Assembly: GCA_951406725.2 (NCBI GenBank)
Contig: OX597820.1
Location: 15,314,001 to 15,378,000, forward strand
Reading direction: 5' to 3'
Source of the DNA: Octopus vulgaris
Lineage: Eukaryota
DNA length: 64,000 nucleotides
Both the position numbers and the translations under genes were made by a program. Below, piece after piece: positions 13,760 to 26,219 of the stretch. Each line of letters starts with the position of its first letter. The first letter of the stretch is position 1. Under the pieces are notes generated by a model that was not told the origin of the DNA, made no database searches, and saw only the letters and a program-made list of their open reading frames with translations.

Positions 13760-14682
13760 CTGTAAGAAACAAAACGGTGCACATGAAATAGGGAGGTGGT
13801 TGTGTGAAACTGGAAGGGAGATCAAATCTATCACCCAGTAGTCCTCACAACAGGTTTTCACACAGCCTAATACTGTGGCAGAGAATACTTCCAAGGTCTT
13901 ATAACTTTCATTTCTTACTTGTTTCAGTTGTACTGTGTCCATGGTGTGGTTTCAGGTTCAGTCCCACTGCATGGCACCTTGACTAAGTTTATTCTTCTAT
14001 AGAATTTGTGAGTGAATTTGGTAGATGGAAACTGTGTGAAACCTGTCATGTGTATGTGATCAAATTAACCTTTAAACTTATTTTTAATTCTGGTACTTAT
14101 TCTATTAGTCTCTTTAGTCAAACTGCTAAGTTACAAGGACATAAACAAACCAAAATGGGTTTTTAAGAGGTGATGGAGGGCAAACACATGCACACAGACA
14201 AAAGACAGGCATCGCACAGTTTCCATTCACCAAATTCACTCACAAGGCATTGGTCACCCCAGGACTATAGCGGACTTTTGGTTAAGATGTCATGCAGTGG
14301 GACTGAACCTGAAATCATATAGTTGCAAAGCTCCTTAACCACACAGCCATGCTTGCACCTATGCCATGTCAAAATCCAGAATCCCATAATTGCAATGCAA
14401 CCTGCTTTAACCACAACAAGCATGTCTGAGTTCAGACATGAACCTGCAGATATTCAGGCTAGGCAGTGGCTGCATCAGTTTCAAAAGTGTGGGAGAGCGT
14501 AAGAATGTCATGGTTTCTGTCCCTCCCAGAAAATTTATTTTAAAGCAAAAAAAAATTCAGATTTAACTCAACACTAAAAACGACCATTTTATATTCTAAA
14601 ATAGATTTAATCAATGCATTTGATTTTATCTACAGATAGTTTTTATCTTCTATGCTGGGTCACTGCCTTGAAGGGTCTAGAC

Positions 14683-15363
14683 CAGGCCTGGCCAACTTGA
14701 ATTATATTGCAGGCCACTTTAATCAAAGAAATTTTTTTTGAGGGCTGCTTGTATACTTTATGCACTAATAGTCAAATAATCACGTTGGTGCAATGGCCCA
14801 GTGGTTAGGGCAGTGGACTTGTGCTCGGAGGATTGCGGTTTCGATTCCCAGACCAGGCGTTGTGTGTGTATATTGAGCGAAATCACCTAAAAGCTCCACG
14901 AGGCGCCGGCAACCCCTGTTTTACTCTTTCGCCACAACTCTCTCTCACTCTCTCTTCCTGTTTCTTGAGTAATGCTGCATTGGACTGGCGTCCCGTCCAG
15001 CTGGGGGGAACACATACGTCACAGAAACCGGGAAACTGGGCCCATGAGCCTGGCTAGGCTTGAAAAGGGCGATGTTTATCGTTTTTTTAGTCAAATAATC
15101 ACTGCTGACAGAATTGAAAGCATTTTGCTTTCTCATGCAAGTATTACGATAATGAAGGAATGATCATTGGTTCAACATGAAATATTATCGTTGCAAAAAC
15201 AGTACTATCTTTCTATTTTACTTTTCATAACAATCTTTAATTTTTGATAAAATTTTTAAAATGTTTGTTTAAATAAACACATTTCAAGAAAGTATCAAGC
15301 AGGCTGCAAGATAAAAGTGTGCGGGCTGTATGCAACCCACGGGCCTCAGGTTGGCCAGCCCTG
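14683..15363. mobile_element. hAT (Charlie-like) MITE carrying a SINE insertion
   Basis: TIRs caggcctggccaac / gttggccagccctg; 8-bp TSD gtctagac / gtctaggc. Confidence 0.8.
14784..15087 (+). mobile_element. Family C SINE with 15-bp target-site duplication
   Basis: TSD tagtcaaataatcac at 14769-14783 and 15088-15102. Confidence 0.85.
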
Positions 15364-15692
15364 GTCTAGGCAAACAAATCAACTCCAGTACAAATTCTTA
15401 TAAGCCTGGTACTTGTTCTATCAGCCTCTTTTGCCAAGTGGCTAGGTTATAAGAATGTAAACAAAGAAACACTGAATGTCAAGTAGGGGTGGACAAACAC
15501 TAAGACACATATGCACGCACAAACATGACAAGATTCCACACAGTTTCCATCTACTAAATTCACTAGCAAGGCACTGGTCAACCCAGGGCTATAGTAAAAG
15601 ACATTAGCACTGAACCCAAAACCATGTGATAACAAAGCGACCTTTTAGCCATAACAAACTCTGCTTCTAACTAGCAAAGTTCACCACCTCTT

Positions 15693-15739
<47 letters not shown>

Positions 15740-15740
15740 T

Positions 15741-15783
15741 ATTGACTTTGAAGTTTTGCCTTGTTAGCTTTCATCAGACTGCC
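15741..15783 (-). ncRNA. Degenerate minimal type I hammerhead ribozyme motif
   Basis: ggcagt CTGATGA aagctaacaaggc AAAA c ttcaaa g TC. Homologous to the two copies at 32711-32793. Confidence 0.45.
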
Positions 15784-17522
15784 AGTTGAAAGTTAATCAC
15801 ATCCACACCTCTTTTTCTAAGTGTGTGTGTGTATTATGTATACATTTATGTATATATGTATTTGTATATATATATATATATGTGTGTGTGTAAATATATA
15901 TATATATATGTGAATATATATGTATATATATATATTATTCACACTTAGACTTGTCTTTGAGCACTTTATTTTAAGTGGCCAGACATAGTTTCTTTTTGAA
16001 CTTGCCATTCCCGGGAACACACACAAATAACCTTTCTATTAGTATTTGGTATTAATAACTATTTTTTATGTTCTATTCTTTCTTTTAATGTATTCCTATA
16101 TTTTATTTTATTTCGATAAAAATATATACAACTATGAAGAAGAAGAAGAAAAAAAAAAGATAAATGGTATTTAGCGTTATTCTAAATTTGGATCAATTCA
16201 GGATGAAACCATCTGTATATTATTATCCTTTTCAATAAGTACATACTTGTGTGTAAAAGGGTAAGGATGAATAAACCTATAAAAGTGAGTGAATATTTGT
16301 GAGTGACCTAGCAATGCAACAAAACAAACCTTGAAAAATGATTAATAATAAATCTTTTTTTTTTTTTGGAGGATTTCATTCTATTTTATAATTGATTTTA
16401 ATTAAAAAAAAACAAAACAAAACTGGGGTATGACTTATACATACAGCAAAGCAAAAATTACAAAAATTACCAAAATTTAACACAGAATTAAGGGTGGGAT
16501 AAGTAAAACTGGTATATTTGAAATTTATTGATACTAATGCCTAATTTTCAATTTTGTTTTCATATTTACAATTATACTATTACTTATACATTTAACTTGT
16601 GTCAAATATTTCATTTACTTTCTTCAGTTATTGAACTGTGGCCATGCTGGGGCACTGCTTAATGTTCTTTATTTCATTTTAACCATCACGGCTAAATTCA
16701 TACTGGAGAACTACATCAGACTATCAAATATAACACAGTTCTAAATATAAGTGATCTGTTATAAAAGCAATGTGTTTTCCAGATTTTCTGTTGAAGTCTA
16801 TTCCTGTGTCTATAACTAGTCACAGATTTTGGATGTGATATAGTGCACAATATGATAAAAAAAGATAAAGGAATGCATTAATCTGGCAACACACACACAT
16901 TTCATTTAGAGCCAATGGGGGATCCTTCATATGGTTGCTCAAAATAGTGAACAGAAATCCTTTAAATAATACCCTGCAGGCAAGAAAACAACACATTGGA
17001 TAATGTAAACCACCTCGATTGACTATGTCTGGAAAATAAGACAAGCTGGTCATAATTAAAACACTTTTGACCATAGATCAGCTTGGTCAGAGTTAAACCA
17101 AGACTAAAAAGCTATGACACACTTTACTAAATAAAAGTTAATTTATACACACCCACACATCCATAGATATGACAAACTTCCACACAGTTTCTGTGTAGCA
17201 ATCCTACTCACTACGCATCGGTTGGCCCAAGACTGCAGTAGAAGTCTTTTTGCCCAAAGTACTGAGCAGTGAGATAGAACTTGAGATGAAGTGGTCAGAA
17301 AATAAACTCTATATCTGCACAACCATATCTAATTACATGACAAAACACACACTACTAAACTACATAATCTACTTATATGCCTGTAAGCTGTATATTCCAA
17401 CAATGTTTTTTTTACAATTAAATTGATATCGCAGAGATATGGGCATATTTAATATGTTGAACTGATAAAACAAAGTCTTCCCACTCTTGAAGTAAATCTT
17501 CCTTGTTATTGTCATAAATGTA

Positions 17523-18087
17523 TTGGGTTGTCCGGAAAGTTCGTGCCGATTTTTAAAGGAAAGAAAAAGGTCAATAAATACTTTTTTTACATTTTTAATC
17601 AACCAAATATGAACCATTTTGCTGCACAATGCATCTCCATCTTTTCTTTAACTTGAAAATACCCTCTTCTCAGAATTGAGGTGGTTTCATGGCAAAGAAT
17701 TCATCAAGGTATCTTTTTACGTCATCCAAGGAGTTGAAATTTTTACCATTAAGACTATTCTGCAGAGACCTGAATAAGTGTAAATCCGAAGGAGCAATAT
17801 CTGGTGAATATGGAGGATGGAGTAACACATCCCAGCCAAGCTGCAGCAATTTTTGTCAGGTTCTCAAAGCATCAAGTGCCAAAAATGAACTTTCTTATCT
17901 TCCATTTTAAAGGGTTACAGAATTAACACAGGTTATAGGAACATAAACCTTCTTCCACGCAAAGAAAGCTTAAACTGTGCTCTAAATGGAGGTGTAGTCA
18001 AATCCTATTTTATGGACTCAACCATATTCTAAAATAAGTCGAAAGGTAAGCTACTATAAATTGGCACAAACTTTCCGGACAACCCAA
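17523..18087 (-). mobile_element. Internally deleted mariner element (Tc1/mariner), pseudogenised transposase
   Basis: About 30-bp TIRs ttgggttgtccggaaagtt.gtgcc.attt with TA flanks. N-terminus MEDKKVHFWHLML (ATG at 17905) is joined to the C-terminus QKLLQLGWDVLLHPPYSPDIAPSDLHLFRSLQNSL..., with stops. Confidence 0.92.
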
Positions 18088-18108
18088 TAGCAACAAGTAT
18101 ATACTTAC

Positions 18109-18240
18109 ATGTGCTGACTTTAATTGTTCCTCTAGTTCATGCCGCTCTCTTTCAGCAGTTGTTAGCTTGATTTTCAGGCTGGTAACCTCTGCCATCAAGT
18201 CCTGCTTGTCTGTTTCCAGTGATGCTCTGGTCAGTAATTC
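18109..18240 (-). CDS. PPFIBP: Liprin-beta coding exon (N-terminal coiled coil), 132 nt, phase 0-0
   Basis: Bounded by tctttgctAG and GTaagt. Translates to [44 protein letters not shown], which closely matches the liprin-beta segment I recall (ELLSRTSLETQKLDLMAEISNLKLKL). Family recognised from memory. Confidence 0.9.
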
Positions 18241-18280
18241 CTAGCAAAGACAGAAAAGAAAATATGAATATTAATCCAAG

Positions 18281-18286
18281 TATATG

Positions 18287-18325
<39 letters not shown>

Positions 18326-18344
18326 ATTTATATATATATGTATG

Positions 18345-18383
<39 letters not shown>

Positions 18384-18410
18384 GTATTATATATATATAT
18401 ATATGTATGT

Positions 18411-18507
<97 letters not shown>

Positions 18508-18529
18508 ATATATATATATGTATGTATGT

Positions 18530-18599
<70 letters not shown>

Positions 18600-18600
18600 G
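18281..18600. repeat. Compound (TA)n/(TATG)n microsatellite
   Basis: Directly visible; source of the YIYI ORFs. Confidence 0.95.
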
Positions 18601-21059
18601 TGAAAGTTTAATAAACTGGTAGGCAGAAATAACACAAAAGAGGAGAATAAAGGTCCAACAGCTCATTATTGTTCAAATAAAGAAACCAAGAAAGAAAGAA
18701 AAATGCATTAATCAGTAATGAGAACTGAAACGAAAAAACAACAACAAACAATTAAAAAAAAAATGTCTAACCACAGCAGCTGACTCTCAGAATCAAATAA
18801 TTAATTGAAATCAAAACTCAATAGCTTCTATAGACACGATCATCCAATAATGTGTGTCTCTGTGTGTGCATGCGTCTGCACTTACAGTGGCATACATGCA
18901 CATGAACAAAACAAGTTCCAAACAAAAAAGCAATTTATACAGATAGCATGTCCTCTTTCATGTTATACCAAGAGGTATAATAAAAGAGAAGTAAAGTGGT
19001 ATGTGGGCAGTGTATTATATTGGATACTGGTGACTGGCATCATTCTTCTAAGAAAAATATAACTATGTATAAAGAGAGAAACTAAAATTTTCCCTTTTGT
19101 TGTATAAAATGATTCAATTCTTGCGTAAATACAATGCTATAGTTGTGGGTAACTTGGTTGTGTCTTCTTTGTTACTAAGCCTTCTTTTCGCTACCAGCCT
19201 TTAAGGAATTGCTTTCATCTGTTGGACAAAGTGTTGATAAAGTGTTCCTCTTGCTATCAAGCCTTTGGCCAAAATGTTTTACTTGTTTTTGATTCAAACT
19301 GGCCACATCTGGCCTCTCACACCTATCCTACAATGTCATTCTGAAAATAAACAATCACATCATTGGAATCTCAAAGCTATGAGATAAAGCATGATTAATG
19401 CAGAACAATGTGAATACATAAGCATTATAGTTGAGAGAGTAACCTGAAAGCTTAATGGGTTAATGGTGTATGCACCTTGGTTAGTAAGTAAAGAGTAAAG
19501 TTACCTTCTCAAGTCATACCAACACATAAGGGCCACTTTCCCAGTTTTATGGCATTTATAATATTCCCCATCTTGATGGGATGCTGGTCAGTTGCAGGAT
19601 TACTCATTTTTGCCAGCTGAGTGGACTGGAGCAATGTGAAACGAAGTGTTTTGATCAAAAACACAACGCATCACCTGGTCCAGAAATTGAAACCACAGTC
19701 TTGTGATTAAGAGTCTAATACCCTAACCACTAAACCATTGTGCCTCCACTGCCTTTTGGTTAGTGTTCTAACCATTTGCTTCACAAGTAAGTGTTGTAAC
19801 CCTTGTCATTCCTATTCAAGGAAAACCTGTGATATGTATGTACTCATTTTACACAACCAGGAACAACCTATACAGGTCTATAACCTCCAGTTGTATTGTG
19901 CTTTTGTTAGTTGAGGGCCACTAATACACAGAGGAAATGGTTTAACCTATGGGATGTAGTGTGGAAGTCTAAGCATGTAGCATTTCCTCCACTACCTAGT
20001 CTGTTCTCGTATACCTGATACCGACCAAAGCAGAGGCTAGCAACATAGATTCAATCAGAAAACAGTAGTTTCTGTACCTTTGCACTTCAAACGAACAACA
20101 ACTATTACATCTCAGCACAGTGATTGACACTAATAAAATTATTGATGTTACTGTTATTTTAATGTCAATATGCTTTATGGGTTTGAGTAAGAGAGAGAAC
20201 TAATGCTTTTATGTCAGTAGTGTCCTGAAGTACTATTGACATGAATATATATTTTTTTATGAGGGTGACTACCCTTGCAATGGCAGAGGTTATATGCTTC
20301 ACAGCTTGATGCAGCAACGTTCTGTTTGCTTCAGATGCAAATGGTCTTTCATTTCAAGTGTTTTCATTCATTCTATACTTGATCTGTAAGTGTGGGTAAT
20401 GTGTGCTGAGGATGTAATAGAGATGTTTTAGTTTTTTTTATTAGTATTGTTTGATTTCTCCGAGTTTGGTATGTCTATATTACTAGTGTTTTCCCATGAT
20501 CAAGAAGACTTATAATCAAACCTGTTCCAGTTGTGTGTATGTGTGTTTTGAGGATTATAAACTACATTGTCCAATGTGGATTTCCCAATAACACCCAACT
20601 GTTAATTTATTTCAATATTTCCAACAATGATCAAAATTTGACATTTCAAATCAAATACAATCAAAGCCAAATATAAATTTATATCATATCTGAACAAAAA
20701 CACATCTTGAGAGAAGTGGCAACAGTGAACTGATACAAGACAATAGATTTCACTTTTCTTGAAAGGTGTGTGAATGAGATGAAATTCCTTAACATAGATG
20801 AGATTGGAGGTAAACTACTCTGACAGATATGATGTTCATATCATTGGTAATAAGAAAACAACATATAAAAAAAACCTGGCTTCCTAGATATTAATAAGGA
20901 TAGCATAGGCATAGATGTGCAGTTAAGAAGTTTGTTTTCCAATCACCTGGTTCTATCATACAGGTCTTCTGTTATAACATTGAGTCAACCCAAGGGCTGC
21001 AAATGAAGCTGGGTACACAAAATTGTGCAGATGTTTGTTAAATAAACTTTACTTGTAGG

Positions 21060-21365
21060 ATGACATGCCTAATCCATCATCCATCTTAACACTATCACAT
21101 GGCCCTTGGATACCTTTAAGGTTGACAGGTTTGAAAGCGCACGAATCTTGCATGAAGAGTTTAAGCATGCTGCTCGAAAGCGCACTGCTAGCATAGTGAA
21201 TGGGGAAAGCTTGGTTTGCAATGTTTGTAGCCATGTATGCTTGTCAAGACCAAGGCTCATTAGCAATGGAGCAGCAAATGCAAAATATAAGTTAGTCTTA
21301 GAACGTACAATGTTTCTAAAGGTCAGCAGTGGTCTTCCTCGGTCTCAAGTGGATGGCCATCATCA
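21060..21365 (+). mobile_element. RTE-type LINE 3' end fragment
   Basis: ...ARKRTASIVNGESLVCNVCSHVCLSRPRLIS resembles the C-terminal CxxC...SRxGLxSH motif of RTE ORFs. Confidence 0.6.
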
Positions 21366-23479
21366 GACACACACACACACACAAAATTATAAATAAGCGC
21401 AAAAGAAAAATATTGTATGTGGTTAGATGGTCTAAAGTCTATCTTTCAGCATATTGGCATAGAAAATTTTTTTCTTTTGCCCTTATAATTGTTTATAATT
21501 TTCACCTTAAAAGGTATTTTAATATGCTGGCCATTGATAAGATTTTTTTGAAAAATTTTATCCTTATATCAGAAGTAAATATGTATGTATACACACACAC
21601 ACACACACACACATCTCTATATATAATTTAGCTTAAATAATATAATCTAAAAGTTACTATAAATTTTGTTAAGTAGTAATCCTTTTATTTTTTCATATGT
21701 CTTTTTACATCTATGTCATTCATTCATCTCTAAAAAGACTGACATCTCTGATTTAGAACTTAAAATAAGTGACATCTAAAAAGACTTATCTTGAATAAAT
21801 AAATTGATTATAGTTTATCTCAGATGAAGTATTCATCTCCTACTCCAGACGCTTCAACAAAATCTAATTTAATCTAAATATTTTTATTCTCAAAACATCT
21901 TGCATGACTATTTTTAATTCGACATAACAAAATTGTTTTTGTTTGCTCCATTTTATATCATTGTTGTTACAATTTGAATTATTGTGAATATATTCATTTA
22001 ATCGATCAATTTATAGAGTCACTAAAAGAAGAAAAAATTTAAACCATTAGAAATTTATTTTCACTTTTGTCATCATGCAATATCATCTCACCAAAAGAGG
22101 TGTATTGGAAGGAATCGGTAAATAAGTCAGATTTATAATTGAATAGCATTAAATAAAATAAATAAATATATATATATATGTATATATATAAAGAATTTTA
22201 AACAAGCTATTAGTCGTTAATTAACATGAATATCATAATCATCTTTTTAATCACCTGACAAGAGATTTAAAATTATTGCTATAAACACTAACTTCAAAGT
22301 AGAACTTAGAAAAGATTTCAAACTGTGTGTGAGCACAATTGTTACTGAAGAGTTGTTTACATTAATAACAAGATAACTAGCTAAATGGTAAGGTAAATTT
22401 GTATTGAACAAGTAATATTCAATAGATTCAGCAATATGTAACAGTATGTACCTTATATACCATTTTTACAACGATTTGGAAATATATTGATGTTGTTAAT
22501 TATAGAGAATAAAAATATCCCAGATATTTAAATTCATGACTAGAGTTAGTCCTATACAAATTAGAGAGAAAGCAACACAGTAGAAATCTGACATTGAGAT
22601 AAGAATCAAGGAATAAATTCATGGATTTCTTTCTCCTGAAGATTTTAGTTGATTAGAAGTTGACTAACAGTAAACAACTTTTCATTGGAAACAAATTTAA
22701 CGGACAATTTCTAAACAATTTCTAAAAGAAGAACATCTTATTTTAACAAGTCTTTCCTGAATTTATTTATATATTTATTTTTTTTTTTTTTGGTAAAATA
22801 AAAATGATAAACTTATTTAAAAGATGAAAATCCTAGATAATTCCAGGAAGATGGACACTGAGATGTAAATAACGAACAGAACTAGATGTTCACAAATAAT
22901 ATTACAACAAACTGAATTATTAATATTATTTAGTAGAGTGATGTGACACTAATCTCTCAAAAAATCAAAACAACAATCTGATACTAATTTCCAATTTGAG
23001 AAATTTTATTTCATGTACACAGAGTTTTTTCGAGTTCATCACAATTTGCACCAAAGGTTTCTAAATATTGGCTTCAAATTTTCACACAAGGCCAGCAATT
23101 TCAGAGGAGCAAGGTAAGTTGATTACATTGAAACCAGTATTTTATCGAACCCCGAAAGAAAGAAAGGTAAAGTCAAACTTGACAGAATTTGAACTCAGAA
23201 TGTAAAGATGGATGAAATGCCGTTAAGCATTTTGCCCGGCATGCTAACGATTCAGCAAGCTTGCTACTATCAGGTTTCTCAATATTACCCCCAAAATAAT
23301 GTTTCTTGATTTAGGCATAAGACCAGAAAATTTTGAGGGGAGGGTGTTGGTGAATCCCATTGATCCCAGTAATTGATTGGTGCTTTATTTCGTCAATACC
23401 AAAAGAATGATAGGCAAATTCGACTATCACCAGAAATAATGCTTTGATAAAACAGTTTGAAAAATACAACTTGTACACA

Positions 23480-23978
<499 letters not shown>

Positions 23979-25057
23979 AGCGAAAAACTTTGCACCACCA
24001 CCACCACTTTTCTTATACTGGTCTGGATTAGATTGGTAGTTACAGCTCTAATCAGTTCTTATCTATCCATAACAATAAAGATGGATGATGGTGAAGGAGA
24101 GATCTCAATAATGAATGAGACTAGAGGAATGGAGGAAGGAAAGAAAGAGATAGCTGGTAGGAGGGACTGAATATGGACAGATTAATGGGAAATTGTTAGA
24201 CGGATTGTAGGGAAGCACAGTAATAGCAGAGTAATGAAGTAGAGTAAGCAGGAACCATAGATTAAGTATGTACATAATAGTTAAGAGTTATCTAAATGTA
24301 AGACATTACATATTCCACCCTCCATCACAACCACTACCATTTTTTACATCCATTTTGCCAAGCTGGTATGGGTTAGTAATGCTTCTCCGGGACAATATTT
24401 TGACACTCAGCAAGATCTTTTGTCATCTTTTTCATTTTTTTTTATCATTTTATAAAATCTTACCAAGCATCTATCAAATAATTCATCAAATTTTACCTAA
24501 AACATAATACCATTTGACAAAAGATATTTTTCATTTAAAAATTTTTTTTGAAAAATGTATAAGATATATATAGGCACAAGTGTGGGTGTGGTAAGAAGTT
24601 GCTTCCCAACCACATGGTTCCAAATTCAGTCTCACTGCATAACACCTGGGGCAAGTGTCTTCTAAAGCTTCAGGCCAACCAAAACCTTAGGAGAGGATTT
24701 GGTAGAGAGAAATTTTTAAAAAGTCTGTCGTGGCCTAGTGGTTAGGGCATTTGGCTCATGATTGTAAGGTTGTGAGTTCAATTCTTGGTGACGTGTTGCA
24801 TCGTTGAGCAAGACACTTTATTGCATGTTGCTCCAGTCCACTCAGCTGGCAAAAGTGAGTAGTATCTGTATTTCAAAAGGCCAGCCTTGTCACATTCTGT
24901 GTCACACTAAATCTCCCTGAAAACTACATTAAGGGGTACACGTGTCTGTGAAGTGATGAGCCACTTACACATTAATTTCATAAAGCTGTTCTGTTGATCG
25001 TATCAGCTGGGACTCTTGTTGTTGTAACCAATGGAGTGCTTATATATATATATATAT

Positions 25058-25301
25058 TATATAGAGGGCATTACTATACATAAATGTCACACGCTAGGAG
25101 GGACTCTTAAAGTCAAAACTACCAAAATAAATAAACACATCGTACAGAATGCAACTCTTGAAGCAAGTCATTTAAAACCATTTTTAAATGACTTGCTTCA
25201 AGAGTTTCATTATGTACGATGTGTTTATTTATTTTGGTAGTTTTGACTTTAAGAGTCCCTCCTAGCATGTGGCATTTATGTATAGTAATGCCCTCTATAT
25301 A
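25058..25301. repeat. Near-perfect palindrome: 120-bp arms, 4-nt loop
   Basis: 25058-25177 is the reverse complement of 25182-25301 with 4 mismatches. Confidence 0.95.
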
Positions 25302-25659
25302 GTATAAATAAATATATTTAAGTGAAAGAATTGGTGGATTTTTTTCTCTTATGAGGTTTTTCACGCTAACTACTTGATAAATTCTTATAAAAATTTTATC
25401 CTATTTTTAAATTGTATATATACATATATATATATATAAAAGAATGTGTGTGTTTGCTCCCACTATCACTTGACAATCAGTGTTGGTGTGTTATGTAACT
25501 TAGCTGTTCAACAACAGACACTGATAGAATAAGTATCAGGCTTTAACAGAAAATGTACTGGGGTAAATTCATTTGACTAAAATTTCTTCAAGGTAGTGCC
25601 CCAGCATGGCCACAGTCTAACGACTGAAACAAGTAAAAGATAATATATATATATATATT

Positions 25660-26161
25660 GGCCTCCGTGCCGGTGGCACGTAAAAAGTACCACCCGACCG
25701 TGTCCGTTGCCAGCACCGCCCCGACTGGCCCCCGTGCCGGTGGCACGTAAAAAGCACCATCCGATCATGGCTGTTACCAGCCTCACCTGGTCCCCGTGCC
25801 GGTGGCACGTAAAAAGCACCACCAGACCGTGTCCATTGCCAGCGCCGCCCCGACCGGCCTCCGTGCCGGTGGCATGTAAAAAGCACCATCCGATCGTGGC
25901 CGTTTGCCAGCCTTGCCTGGCCCCCGTGCCGGTGGCATGTAAAAAGTACCATCCGTCCGTGGCCGTTTGCCAGCTCCGTCTGGCACCTGTGCAGGTGGCA
26001 CGTAAAAAGCACCCACTACACTCACGGAGTGGTTGGCGTTAGGAAGGGCATCCAGCCATAGTAATACTGCCAGATCAGACTGGAGCCTGGTGCAGCCTTC
26101 TGGCTTCCCAGATCCCCGGTCGAACCGTCCAACCCATGCTAGCATGGAAAGCGGACGCTAA

Positions 26162-26217
<56 letters not shown>
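25660..26217 (+). mobile_element. RTE-LINE 3'UTR copy with a 62-67-bp tandem array and (GAT)n tail
   Basis: Six ccgtgccggtggcacgtaaaaagcacc-type units, then a body shared with 32075-32670(-), 45400-45660(+), 60180-60440(-) and 63560-63900(-). (GAT)n at 26162-26217. Confidence 0.8.

Positions 26218-26219
<2 letters not shown>

Noticed and set aside
13415-13942. 175-aa ORF as a standalone gene
   Set aside because: Only 13759-13651 is exon-like and bounded by splice sites; the rest is intron or SINE read-through.
18219-18622. YIYI-type ORFs (also near 23509-23863, 35281-35586, 41944-42126)
   Set aside because: They are translations of stop-free microsatellites.
25660-26012. CRISPR array
   Set aside because: The spacers are homologous to each other, there are no cas genes, the context is a eukaryotic intron, and the unit is part of a LINE 3'UTR.
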